Assembly (NCBI GenBank): GCA_040386535.1
Contig: JAZKFH010000011.1
Span: forward strand, 32,001 to 96,000
Direction: 5' to 3'
Length of the DNA: 64,000 nucleotides
Origin: Myxococcota bacterium
Lineage (GTDB): Bacteria > Myxococcota_A > UBA796 > SXON01
Part shown: positions 28,401 through 37,389 of the stretch, in pieces
How the letters are laid out: each line of letters begins with the position of its first letter
How positions within the stretch are numbered: the stretch's first letter is position 1
Position numbers and translations under genes: made by a program
The notes under the pieces: generated by a model
Databases searched by the model: none
What the model saw: the letters and a program-made list of their open reading frames with translations, nothing else
Told to the model about the DNA's origin: nothing

Positions 28401-31400
28401 CGCCGCGCGCAGGCCGAACGGACTGGTGGGCGAGGCGACCAGCTTCACCCGGTTGCCGAGCACCGCGATCTCGGAGCCCGCGACCACGATGCCGGCGAGC
28501 AGGGGCCCCCGCGCGGCGGCCATGTTCACGTCGTTGCCGACGACGTCCACGCCGGCGCCAGACACCTGGATCCCCGCCAGGGACGCGCCCCGGACGCGGT
28601 TGTCCGCGACGCGCGAACGTTCCCGCAATCGCACACCTGCGACGGCACGCTCCACCACGCCGATGCCGAGGAGGAACCCCTCCACCGTGTTCTCGGAGAT
28701 CTCCACCGAAGACGCGGACCCCTCGGTGAGGATCACGCCCGCCGTGGCGTCGCCGAGGCCGTCGAGGGTCGAGCGTGTCACGCGGAGGCCGTCCACGCGC
28801 AAGCCGGCCAGGGGCGCGACGCGCAGGGCCGCCCGCGTGAGGAAGGGCGCGTACGGGAGGGCCGCCACGCCGACCCGCGCGCGGATGCGGCAACCGGTGA
28901 CCGAGGCGTCCTCGATGCTCCCGGTGGCGAGCAGGCCGATGCCGGCGGGGCTCGCCGAGCGCGTGACCAGCGCGCAGTCCTCGATCCGCACCGCGCGCGA
29001 GTCGCAGAGGGTGATCACGCCGTGGGGCAGCGCCGCGAGGGCCGCGAGCAGCGGGGCCGCCTCCGCGACCGACTCGAGGTTCTGCCCGGGGAAGCGGCGT
29101 TGCAGCTGGCGGAGCTGCTGGTAGGTCGCGAGCACGCGCGCCGAGGCACGGCCCTTGCCGGCGTACACGGTGGGCAGGAGCGTGGCGACTTCGTCCAGCA
29201 GATCGGGCTCCGCGTCCCCCCCGCCGACGTCGCCGGGGTCGAGCGGCCGCGCGCCGGTGGCCGAGGGCTCCGACTGGGCGCGGCCGATGCGCGTCACCTC
29301 CGACGGATCCTCCACCATGCGGAGGGACTCCACGCGCACGTCCTCGCATTGATCGAGGTAGAAGGCGCCGCCCGCGCCGGTCACCAGCAGCTCGGTGCCC
29401 TCGCCCTCGCCGAGGATGCGGACGTGCTTGAGCCCGGCGATCACCACGGGGTGCTCCAGGCGGTAGCGGCCGCGCCGGATGTAGATCGTGCCCCCGGCGT
29501 CCGCCGGCGCCTCCTGCCCGTCGATCCGCAGCCGGAGCAGGCGGAGGGCCTCGGCCAGCGCCTCGTCGCCGGTCACGCCCTCGTCCAGGAGCTGGTCGAC
29601 GTCGCCGTGGCTGAACCGCCCGTCGCCTACGACGACGGTGAACGGGCCCTTCCCGTGCTCCTCCGTCTCCAGCTCGATCAGGCGGTCGCGCACGTCCGCG
29701 AGCGGCATCCAGCGAGGGCGGAGGTCCTCGAACACGCGCGTGCCGTCCGCGCCGGGGGTGATGCGCGCGAGGGGCACCGCGTGGTGGACGGGGCCCATCA
29801 CGGCCCGGTCGGTGAGGGTCTCCACCACGCCGCGGCTCGTCCCGTCGGCGAGGTGGATCCGCACGGTGAAGCACCAGTACTCGCCCGGCCGGAAGTCCGT
29901 GCCGCGGAGCGCGAACCGCAGCCCGTCGGGCAGGTTGTAGCAGACGCCGGTCTTGAGCCGGTCCGCGCCGTCCCAGCGCCGCAGGGCCGCGCGCCGGGTC
30001 GGGCTCGCCTCCCACGGCAGGGCGCCGCCGGCGTCGAGCGCGGGATCGGTCGCGAGCAGCGAGCCCGGCCCGTCGAAGATCACCGCCCCCGTGCCGGCCT
30101 CCACCGATCGGACGCGACGGAGCACGGCGGGGTGCGCGCCGCCCGGATCGCGCCGGGTCCACTCGTCCTCGACGACCACGAGGTCGCCCGGGCGCAGCCG
30201 CGCCGCGTCGCCCATCTGCACCACCACGCGGTCCGCCCCCGCCGCGGAGGTCTCCACGAGGGGGAAGACCGTCGCGCCGTTGTCGCGGGCCCACGCGATG
30301 ACCGGCGCGGGGCCGCCCACCAGCACCTCCACGCGCACGAACAGGTGCTCGCTCCCGCGGTAGCCCTCGCCGACGGACGCGGTCTCGGTGAACAGGCAGC
30401 GGTCGCGGCAGGGGTTGAAGTGCTCCACGCCGTAGCGCTCGGCCATCCCCATCGGCACGTTGGTGGTCAGGCGCCCGTCGCCCACCGCGCTCGGCGGCGT
30501 GGCGTCATCCACGGCCACGTTCGTACGCACGCGCACCTGTTGGACGAGGCGCAGGCGCGTGGTGGTGTCGAGCCCCTCCATCGCCGGCTCGAGGATCCCC
30601 GGGTCGTCCAGGGCGGTGACGGCGCGCTCCCACACGTCGAGAAACACGAAGTGCGCGCGCGCGGGCGCCAGGTCGGGGAGCGCGGCGGCGCCGGGCAGAT
30701 CGGGCTGATCGAGGTACCGCAGATCGCCGTCGTTCCAGGCGCGCACGCCGTCGACGTAGATCCGGCCGGGCGTCGTGCCGTCGCCACCGCCCACGACGAA
30801 GTCTCCCGTGCCGAGCGCGGGGGCCACGCCCCGGAGCCCGTCGATCCAGACGCGGGCGCGCGGCGGGAGCCCCGTGAGCCCCCAGCCGGTCAGGCGTCGC
30901 GAGGGCAGCCCGGCGGTCGCGAGGTTGACCTCGATGCGGGTCCAGCGCCGCTCCAGGGAGACGAGGCCGGTGGGGACGGTGACCGCGGCGCCGCCCTCGG
31001 CGCGCAGCCACACCTGCACGTCGGTGAGCTCGTCGTCGGCGGGCGGGCGCTCGAACCGAACGAACAGGACGAGGCGACGGATGGGGAAACCCGGCGCGAT
31101 CGTGTCGAGGTCTCGGGCGGCGAAGGTGCGGCGCACGCCGCGGTGCCCGTGGACGAGCAGCACGTAGGGGAGCCCGGCGTGCTCGCGGCGGTCGAGGCGG
31201 AGCTCGGAGCGGATGAGCCGGTCGTCGTCGGCGGCGAGCCCGTCGCCTTGCCAGCCCGTACGCCCCACAGGGTCGAGGAGGAACAGATCGCCCACGCGGA
31301 AGCCGTCGTCCGGGCTTCCGTGCACCACGTCGCCGCCGCGATCCCGCGTGTCGCGGGTGCGGAGGTGGACCTCCTCGTTCCAGTCGGCGTCCAGCACGGG

Positions 31401-31475
31401 CCGGCCCATCTGCTGGAACACCCCCGTGTCGCGACGCGTGGCGTCGAAGCGGGAGCGGGAGATGTAGGTCTTCAT
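25410..31475 (-). CDS. DUF6519-like tail fibre protein with right-handed beta-helix
   Basis: Start MKTYISRSRF...GVFQQMGRPVLDADWNE; GRIYVDG, YLDQPDLP, FLDVWERAVTALDDP, FRPGEYWCF; many IxxNxV/I beta-helix repeats. 2021 aa. Confidence 0.85.
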   Translation of the reverse strand: MKTYISRSRFDATRRDTGVFQQMGRPVLDADWNEEVHLRTRDTRDRGGDVVHGSPDDGFRVGDLFLLDPVGRTGWQGDGLAADDDRLIRSELRLDRREHAGLPYVLLVHGHRGVRRTFAARDLDTIAPGFPIRRLVLFVRFERPPADDELTDVQVWLRAEGGAAVTVPTGLVSLERRWTRIEVNLATAGLPSRRLTGWGLTGLPPRARVWIDGLRGVAPALGTGDFVVGGGDGTTPGRIYVDGVRAWNDGDLRYLDQPDLPGAAALPDLAPARAHFVFLDVWERAVTALDDPGILEPAMEGLDTTTRLRLVQQVRVRTNVAVDDATPPSAVGDGRLTTNVPMGMAERYGVEHFNPCRDRCLFTETASVGEGYRGSEHLFVRVEVLVGGPAPVIAWARDNGATVFPLVETSAAGADRVVVQMGDAARLRPGDLVVVEDEWTRRDPGGAHPAVLRRVRSVEAGTGAVIFDGPGSLLATDPALDAGGALPWEASPTRRAALRRWDGADRLKTGVCYNLPDGLRFALRGTDFRPGEYWCFTVRIHLADGTSRGVVETLTDRAVMGPVHHAVPLARITPGADGTRVFEDLRPRWMPLADVRDRLIELETEEHGKGPFTVVVGDGRFSHGDVDQLLDEGVTGDEALAEALRLLRLRIDGQEAPADAGGTIYIRRGRYRLEHPVVIAGLKHVRILGEGEGTELLVTGAGGAFYLDQCEDVRVESLRMVEDPSEVTRIGRAQSEPSATGARPLDPGDVGGGDAEPDLLDEVATLLPTVYAGKGRASARVLATYQQLRQLQRRFPGQNLESVAEAAPLLAALAALPHGVITLCDSRAVRIEDCALVTRSASPAGIGLLATGSIEDASVTGCRIRARVGVAALPYAPFLTRAALRVAPLAGLRVDGLRVTRSTLDGLGDATAGVILTEGSASSVEISENTVEGFLLGIGVVERAVAGVRLRERSRVADNRVRGASLAGIQVSGAGVDVVGNDVNMAAARGPLLAGIVVAGSEIAVLGNRVKLVASPTSPFGLRAAVLVGDGLDDGDPGPSVDAVEVNGNDLSGVGAASLDIGIAVGGPQVIRGVRICDNRVRKLGDAAVRVLGTSAAAGELVIADNVIEDVARAPFADGGLSRESVLAELAEVDAELSRRLAATPDATDLSRSHALLGAIVALGGSVRGGLDGALRRAELQTLRAAIAVCRADGVQVWGNQVDGVGSPLASAAVEVRTAGIATCACTEVEIAENRVSRVVAPVTRLPVRPPVVSRLAIRSLLAPVDDPASGAGPLASKRLAGLGAWILRRLDEPATREEVTQYRARLELAAQGAGTDAATLTAAKATVDLNAEHVINRSGGANPAGALHLMARDLGLVARKSTLDSDEVGATEVLLETMTAALEPGIADAPASARRVLDGAAATRLLSVSVRETLKATSTREELLGGLRARLEDMAAASATDLAESLRLDARGRFSPAHGVLVVGGGASVRITRNVIDQVVNGVATAGGTAHALGGGSTEGGHLDILDNQVRGAVLTGIEAVTDGNSQVTLAQNQVQGSGGEGGAGLLEGPQAMLRARGSGQLVVQGNRSQGNGNDTPGSLLHEAHLEWRGDLTVTGNVLRHGGGGGGGAALVLVLETPGSATLVERLCRAAFLTVEPVKAAMPAKPEVAGPTHDVELGGFKQIIGSGQAINRSLRVSPSIKAAPARAYTFDTALVRPGLLDFVRRPLPIIRFSPPPAWRSIHIEGNDLSSPGPALLALGEGADVLSTTVTGNSLRSEGRTGAAYLRHTDATVFVGNRCQAGNAVNVVLIVADDAPVTASANVILGAEPVAAPVRPMRPSNVSVGVPLADGTTVSVPLHPKELAEVLGVIRQPLVQYTLPTGGAGGAGPGSPTPSGSMVFIPLLAKASETATAGAPAPRENKLASLFLARDQPVSKLSTVLTRGLAGSAGRAVESASSASGTPPTTPTGTPTPSAPAAADALAAILTRIESSGPALATVSGASAARYSLVVVGGTKVAAMGNATTAGVLVVGADGSVELNP

Positions 31476-34400
31476 GGCGTTCTCCGGAGCGCGCGGGCGC
31501 GCTCGGTGAGGCTGCGATCGTCGTGCAGGGCGAGCATCCCCATCGGGATCGACTCGTCCGTGCGGCGCGCGAGCTCGTCGAGGCGTTCGGCCTGGTCGTG
31601 CCACGCGCCGGGGGTGCGGCCCTCGTCGGCTTGCGCGAGCAGGCGCGGATCGTCGGCGAGGCGCAGGTAGAGGGGATCCTCGGGGAGGACCGAGAGGAAG
31701 TTCGGCGGCACCGTGGTGCACCGGTAGATCTGGGGCGCGCGTCGGGTAGCGGGCGCCACGCTGTGGCGGATCCAGCCGACGTCGGGCCGATCCACGTCCA
31801 CCGCGCCGCTGAGCACGCAGGAGGACGCCCGGAGCTCGCCGGCCTCGATGCGCCCGCGGACCGTGCAGTGGCGCAGGCGCACGTCCGCGCCGCCGGCCAC
31901 GATCGCGGCGCCACCCCCGCCATCGCCACCCCCGCCATCGAACGTGCAGCCCGCGGCCACAAACCGGACCCACGGCGGCAGCTCCACCGCGCCCACGAGG
32001 CAGCCGTACAGCCGCACCTCGAGCGAGATGGGGACGGGCGGGCCGCCGCGGCTGGTACGCGCGAGGTGGCCGGCGCCGAGCACGCGCAAGCCGAGCTGGC
32101 CGGGGGCGCGCGGCAGGCCGAGGGTGCAGAACCGCACGTCGACCTCGCCGTCGGTCGCGGCCACCTCGAGCATCCCGGCGAGCCACAACCCCGCGAGCCA
32201 CGCGTCCGCGCCGGCGTGCCCGCCGCCAGCGGGGTGGAGCCCGAGGCTCACGCCGTCGGCATCGGCCTCGAACCGGGGGCACGCGCGGGCGTCCGCGGTG
32301 CGGAGGGTGAAGCCGTCCCGCGTGCGCGCCCCGAGCCGCGCGGCCGGGAGCGTGGGCGAGCCGCGGATCGCCACGACGGGGTGGAGCCCGGTGGTGGACG
32401 CCAACGCGGCCTCCACGGAGTCGTGGACGGGCAGCCCCGCCAGCACGCCGAACGGCGCCTCGTCGGGCGAGACCCAGGCCTCGACCGGCAGCCCGAACGC
32501 CCGATCGAACGGCGGGGGCGCCGTGTCCGGGCCGAGCCACTCGGGGGTGGGCATCCGGTCGGGCCGCGCCGTGCCCGCGCCGACCGCGCCGGGCCGCCCG
32601 ATCCGCGTCGAGGCGCGCGCGTCGTCGAACGCCGGCGCCACCGAGAGCATGGCCCGCCCGAGGAACGGATCCACCCCCACCGTGCCCTCGGGTTGGGGCG
32701 CCAGCGGCCCGGCCCAGGTCAACAGGCTGCGGTGCCCGACGGTGTAGGGGCGCCACGCCCAGCGCCCGACCACGCCGTGACGCGGCGCCGGGGCGGGCGC
32801 GTGGGCGAGCGGCGTGGCGCGGCCGCCGGGGCGCGGCGGGGGGGCCACCTCGCCGGAGGCGAGCGCGCTGGAGCCGTCCGCGAACACGTCGAACGCCACG
32901 GTCTCGCCGGCCCGCGTGTCGATGTCCGGGAGGAAGGCGAGGAGCGACCGGCCGGCGGCGCCGACGGCCACGGTGGGCGCGCGCAGCGGGCACGCCCCGA
33001 CGATGACGAACCGGTCACCGTCGACAGCGAGCTCCCCGAAGGCGGGCGGCGGCGGGCCGTCCTCTTCGCGGAGGGTCCAGTCCCGCGGCCCGAGGGTGGC
33101 GAGCGACGGGCGCAGCCGGTCGGCCCACACCAGGACGCTCGGCCCCGGCCCGATCGCCAGCACCCCCGGCCCCCCGGCCTCGATGGGCAGCGGCGGCGCC
33201 GCGACCCAGGCGCCGCGCGGCTCGTTCGGATCGATCGACCAGACCCCGGCCTCCAGGTGGTCCTCGGTGATCCAGCCGCCGGCGAGCCAGATGCGGCCGG
33301 CCTCGAAGGAGAGGCTCGCGCCCGCGCGCTGGGGCCGCAGCCGCCACCGTTCGCGCCGCCACGCCCCGCCCGCGAGCGGGACGCTCCACGTGTCCGCCAG
33401 CACGGCCTCGCCCTGCTGCCCGCCGTGGACGTACAAACGGTCGCCCGCGACCACCGCCCCGGGGGCGTACGCCGCCGCCGGCACGCGGCCCGCCGTGGTG
33501 TCGCAACGCTCCACGGCCCAGCCGCCCACCCCCGGCGTGAGCCGCCAGGCGCCGAGCTGCTCGCCGTCGGGCGCCACGAGGAACAGCCCCGTGCCGTCGG
33601 TCGCCAAGACGAGGCCGATCGTGTCGATCGGGAGGGCGCCGAGAACGGTCTCGTCCGCCCAGTCCGCGCCGCCGAGCGACCGGAGGCGGAGCGTCTGCGC
33701 CACGGCGACGAAGCGGTACACGACGCCGGCGAGGACGACCGCGTTGGAGCGGGGCACGCCGGGCTCCGTTCCCACGGCCAGGGGCGCCCACGTGCCGTCC
33801 GCCGCGCGCGCGTGGCCGCTGGACGCGCCGCGGGTGAGCCGGAGGCGCACCGTGCTGCCGGCGGGCGGCGGGGCGACCACGTGCGTGCCGCCCAACCCGC
33901 CCAGGTCCGCCCGCATGACCTCGGTCTCGGTGCCGGTGGCGCCGATCAGGTGGAGCGACCAGGTGTCGGACGCGGCCATCCGCGTCGGGTCGCAGAACCG
34001 CAGCAACGGGGCGCGGGGGAGCGGCGCGAGGGGCGCCGGCGTCGGGGCCGCCCGCGCGAGCGGAGGGCCGACCAGGGGGATGCCGTCGAGGGTGATGGCG
34101 ATGGCTCCGGCCGCCTCGATGGTGTCAGCGGCTTCGGCGAGCGCCGTGGGCGTGAGCAACGCGACGTGCCGGCGCGCCTCGGTCGGGGTCGGGCCGCGCT
34201 CGTGGCGGGGGCCGAGCCCGGACGGCACCACTTCGCGGTCGACCGCGGGGCGCCAGGCCAGCGGCACGGTGCGCTCGTCGGGATCGAACGCGAACACGAC
34301 GCCTTCGCCGCCGCCGAGCAGCGGGGGCCGGCGGATCGGCCCGACCCGGAGGCCCTCCCGCTCGAGCTCCACGAAGCGCGTGGTGCGGACGAGCAGCACG

Positions 34401-35035
34401 TCGGGGCGCACCGCGCCGCGCAGATCGAGCGTGCGGGGCAGCAGCGCCTGGCGGCCGGCGTCGGCGCCCCCGAGGCGCCGGAGCGCCGCGTCGAGCCCCT
34501 CTCCGGGCAGCGCCGACCAGGTCGCGCTCGCCGAGAGGCCGGGATCGAGGATGTCCTGCGGCGGCTGCGCGCGGCGGGAGAGCGGGTCCGCGAGCAGCAC
34601 GGGCGAGCGGATCACCGGGGAGCGCCCGCGCCACGTGAGGGGGTGGTGGATGTCCTGGTTGACGAGGACCGAGCGGAAGCCCTCCTCGACCTCGGCGGTC
34701 CACCCGGTGGTGACGGCCACCACGTCCTCGATCGTCGCGAGCGAGCCGCGCGCACGCCGCCAGTGCACGCCGCGCGCGAGCACGCCGCGCATCACCGCGG
34801 TGTCCCGGCGCGTGAGGTGCACGCCCAGGCGCTCGGCGATGAGCGGGAGCGCCTCGGCGCTCGCGCGCTCCACGAACGCGTCGCTGCCGAGCTGCCGGAC
34901 ATCCTGCTCGAGGTTGTCCAGCGCGCCGCCGAGCACGTCGAGCAGGCGACGCAGGGGCGCGTCCTTCTGCTGTGCGTCCCGCGCCGCGTACAGCCCCGGG
35001 AGGCGCCGCAACATCCACGTGCCGGTGCGCCTCAT
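31472..35035 (-). CDS. Tail/baseplate wedge protein (P2 gpI-like N-terminus) with Kelch repeats
   Basis: LPGLYAARDAQQKDAPLRRLLDVLG...LPLIAERLG...WRRARGSLATIE. LYVHGG and IWLAGG Kelch motifs. C-terminal GAWHD...IPMG. Confidence 0.8.
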   Translation of the reverse strand: MRRTGTWMLRRLPGLYAARDAQQKDAPLRRLLDVLGGALDNLEQDVRQLGSDAFVERASAEALPLIAERLGVHLTRRDTAVMRGVLARGVHWRRARGSLATIEDVVAVTTGWTAEVEEGFRSVLVNQDIHHPLTWRGRSPVIRSPVLLADPLSRRAQPPQDILDPGLSASATWSALPGEGLDAALRRLGGADAGRQALLPRTLDLRGAVRPDVLLVRTTRFVELEREGLRVGPIRRPPLLGGGEGVVFAFDPDERTVPLAWRPAVDREVVPSGLGPRHERGPTPTEARRHVALLTPTALAEAADTIEAAGAIAITLDGIPLVGPPLARAAPTPAPLAPLPRAPLLRFCDPTRMAASDTWSLHLIGATGTETEVMRADLGGLGGTHVVAPPPAGSTVRLRLTRGASSGHARAADGTWAPLAVGTEPGVPRSNAVVLAGVVYRFVAVAQTLRLRSLGGADWADETVLGALPIDTIGLVLATDGTGLFLVAPDGEQLGAWRLTPGVGGWAVERCDTTAGRVPAAAYAPGAVVAGDRLYVHGGQQGEAVLADTWSVPLAGGAWRRERWRLRPQRAGASLSFEAGRIWLAGGWITEDHLEAGVWSIDPNEPRGAWVAAPPLPIEAGGPGVLAIGPGPSVLVWADRLRPSLATLGPRDWTLREEDGPPPPAFGELAVDGDRFVIVGACPLRAPTVAVGAAGRSLLAFLPDIDTRAGETVAFDVFADGSSALASGEVAPPPRPGGRATPLAHAPAPAPRHGVVGRWAWRPYTVGHRSLLTWAGPLAPQPEGTVGVDPFLGRAMLSVAPAFDDARASTRIGRPGAVGAGTARPDRMPTPEWLGPDTAPPPFDRAFGLPVEAWVSPDEAPFGVLAGLPVHDSVEAALASTTGLHPVVAIRGSPTLPAARLGARTRDGFTLRTADARACPRFEADADGVSLGLHPAGGGHAGADAWLAGLWLAGMLEVAATDGEVDVRFCTLGLPRAPGQLGLRVLGAGHLARTSRGGPPVPISLEVRLYGCLVGAVELPPWVRFVAAGCTFDGGGGDGGGGAAIVAGGADVRLRHCTVRGRIEAGELRASSCVLSGAVDVDRPDVGWIRHSVAPATRRAPQIYRCTTVPPNFLSVLPEDPLYLRLADDPRLLAQADEGRTPGAWHDQAERLDELARRTDESIPMGMLALHDDRSLTERARALRRTP

Positions 35036-37389
35036 CGGTCGACGTCCTCCTCGTAGCGCAGCTCGACCCCGCCCTCGTCCCACACGAGCACCTCGTCGGC
35101 CGCGGCCTCCACGCGCGAGGCGAGCGCCGTCGGCGTGTCGGCGCGGTGGAGCGCCCAGACCACGACGCCGCGCACGCCCTCGGTGGTGGTGACGGCGCCG
35201 TAGACCTCGGACAGCTGCAGATCGTCGTCGAGGCGCAGGCGCTCGGGGCCCAGGAGGCCCGGCGCGGGACCGACCTCGACGCCGAGGGCCTCCCGCGCGA
35301 GCCGGAGCGTGACGACGGGATCGGCGCCCGGCCGGCCCCGCACGAGCGCCGACATCCGCACGGGCACCCGCGTCGGCGCGCGCACCACGATGCGCACGCC
35401 GGGGGGCACGCGGGCGCGCAGGAAGGTGGTGAGCTCCGCCATCGTGCTCGGCGGCAATACGACGGAGCCGGGGGCGGTGGCGACGACGACCACCACGCCG
35501 CGCGGCGAGCCCGCCGGCCGGAACACCCGCGCGTGGGAGACGCCGTCGAAGCGGGCCGCCACGGCGGCGAGGTCCTCGAAGGAGACGGCCCGATCCATGG
35601 CGCGGACGGCGCCCGGCGCGCGCACGCGGGCCTCCTCGATGCTCTCCCCGTCCGCCCCGCCCCAGGTCGGGAGCGGGTTGGAGGTGGACTCCACGAACGG
35701 CGAGTCGCCGCCGGGCGCGTCGATGCGCCCCGTGGCGCGGTTGCCCGCGGCGCCGCGTCCGATCCGGTACGTGAGCACCAGCGCGGCGCCCTCCGGAACG
35801 GCCGCCCCCTCGGCGCTGTCGCCGAACCACACCGCGGCCGACTCTCCCGCGCCGGTCTCGACCAGAAAGGCCGGCTCGCTCGGGCCGCGGCCCACCAGGC
35901 GCTCCACGCGCGGCCAGAGCTGCCCGTTCACCGTCACCCGGATCGCCGGCCGGCGTCCCCCGAGCGCCGTCGCGTCGCGAAGCCACGTGAGCGGCCCCTG
36001 CGAGAGCACGATCGGCCCGGTGCCGGCGCGCACGTGGAGGTCCTCCACCGTGCGGCCCTCCGACACCAGGGCGATGTTCCCCAGGATCAGCATCCGGTCG
36101 ACTGGCAGCGGCGCCAGGAGCGGGGGCTCGAAGCGAATGACGTCCCCGTCCACCGCGGAGAGGCGCACGGCCTGCCTCCCCACCGGCGTGCTCCCCGAGC
36201 CCGGCACGTCCACCCGCTCGGCGATCACCAGCCAGTCGCCCGCCCGCAGCGGCGGATGCGCCCGGTCGAAGCCGAGGCGCAGCGTGTTGCTGCCCGCGGC
36301 GGCGATGCCCTGGCCGGGCGGCGTAGCGAACAGCTGGTCCATGCGCCGGAGCGCCGCGAGGCCCTCGGTAAGCACGACCGCGTCGCGAGCGCCGCGCGCC
36401 AGGCCCTCGCCGAGCGCGTCGAGCACGGTCGCGAGCGCGTCCAGGCGCGTGTTTCGTTCGTTCTCCGACCCGCCGCACGGCGCCACCACCCCTTCGAGCG
36501 CCGTCTTCGCGCCGGGCGGGAGCTTCTGGACCTGCGCCGCCAGCAAGCGCTGCATCGGCGACGGGGGGAGCGGGAGCGGGTTGCCCGCCGGCTCGGTGGC
36601 GCACGCGAGGGCGCAGAGGGCGGCTTCCGCCTCGGGCGTGAGGGCGCCCACCTCTTTGAGCGCGTCCTTGCTGGCCTTGAGCTCCAGCACCCGGGCGCGT
36701 GCACGCGCGGCCGACGCCGAGCTCCGGTAGCTGCTGTTGCGGCCCTCGAGCAGCGCGCGCAACGCGTCGGGTGTGGAGAGCCCGGGCTGGAGGTGCGCGG
36801 GCGCGCCGGGCGTCGGCGGCGTCGGGTTCGCGCCGCCGTCGGTGCCGCCGGTACCGTCGCCGCTGCCGCCGCCGCTGCCGGTCTCCCCGACCCCGTCGGT
36901 TCCGTTGTCCATGACCGCCGCGACCCGGATCTGGTTGAACGCCGGGTGGATGTCGAGGGGGTGGAGGGTCTCGAACGTCGCGTCGGGCTCCTCCCCGAGC
37001 GCGGGGGAGAGCAGGCGGAAGCCCACCGGCACGGTTCCGCCCGCGCCTTCCCGGCACCGAAGCTGTTGAAAACCGAGCGCCGCCACGCCCGGGGCGGGCC
37101 GGTAGCCGAGGTCCGCCACGAGATCGAAGAGCGCGTCCTCCCGCGTGGCGGTGGCGAGGAACCCTTCGGTGCCCCAGCCCTCCTGGTACGTCCGGAGCAC
37201 GTGGAGCGCGGTGGCCGCCGCGTCGAGCACGGTGCGGCCGAGGTCTCCGGGGAGGTTCGCCGCGGGATCCCAGGTCGCGCGGGTGCCCGAGGGGCGCGCC
37301 TCGGAGAAGGCGACCCGCACCGCGGTGTGCAGCGCGGTGACCTCGTCCGCATGCGGACGGGCGCGCAACGCGCGCGGCAGGCGGGTCAT
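35032..37389 (-). CDS. Baseplate J-like (Afp11/12-type) protein
   Basis: EGFLATAT...LGYRPAPGVAA, VWFGDSAEG, YRIGRGAAGN, NPLPTWGGADGE...RAVSFEDL. Confidence 0.88.
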   Translation of the reverse strand: MTRLPRALRARPHADEVTALHTAVRVAFSEARPSGTRATWDPAANLPGDLGRTVLDAAATALHVLRTYQEGWGTEGFLATATREDALFDLVADLGYRPAPGVAALGFQQLRCREGAGGTVPVGFRLLSPALGEEPDATFETLHPLDIHPAFNQIRVAAVMDNGTDGVGETGSGGGSGDGTGGTDGGANPTPPTPGAPAHLQPGLSTPDALRALLEGRNSSYRSSASAARARARVLELKASKDALKEVGALTPEAEAALCALACATEPAGNPLPLPPSPMQRLLAAQVQKLPPGAKTALEGVVAPCGGSENERNTRLDALATVLDALGEGLARGARDAVVLTEGLAALRRMDQLFATPPGQGIAAAGSNTLRLGFDRAHPPLRAGDWLVIAERVDVPGSGSTPVGRQAVRLSAVDGDVIRFEPPLLAPLPVDRMLILGNIALVSEGRTVEDLHVRAGTGPIVLSQGPLTWLRDATALGGRRPAIRVTVNGQLWPRVERLVGRGPSEPAFLVETGAGESAAVWFGDSAEGAAVPEGAALVLTYRIGRGAAGNRATGRIDAPGGDSPFVESTSNPLPTWGGADGESIEEARVRAPGAVRAMDRAVSFEDLAAVAARFDGVSHARVFRPAGSPRGVVVVVATAPGSVVLPPSTMAELTTFLRARVPPGVRIVVRAPTRVPVRMSALVRGRPGADPVVTLRLAREALGVEVGPAPGLLGPERLRLDDDLQLSEVYGAVTTTEGVRGVVVWALHRADTPTALASRVEAAADEVLVWDEGGVELRYEEDVDR

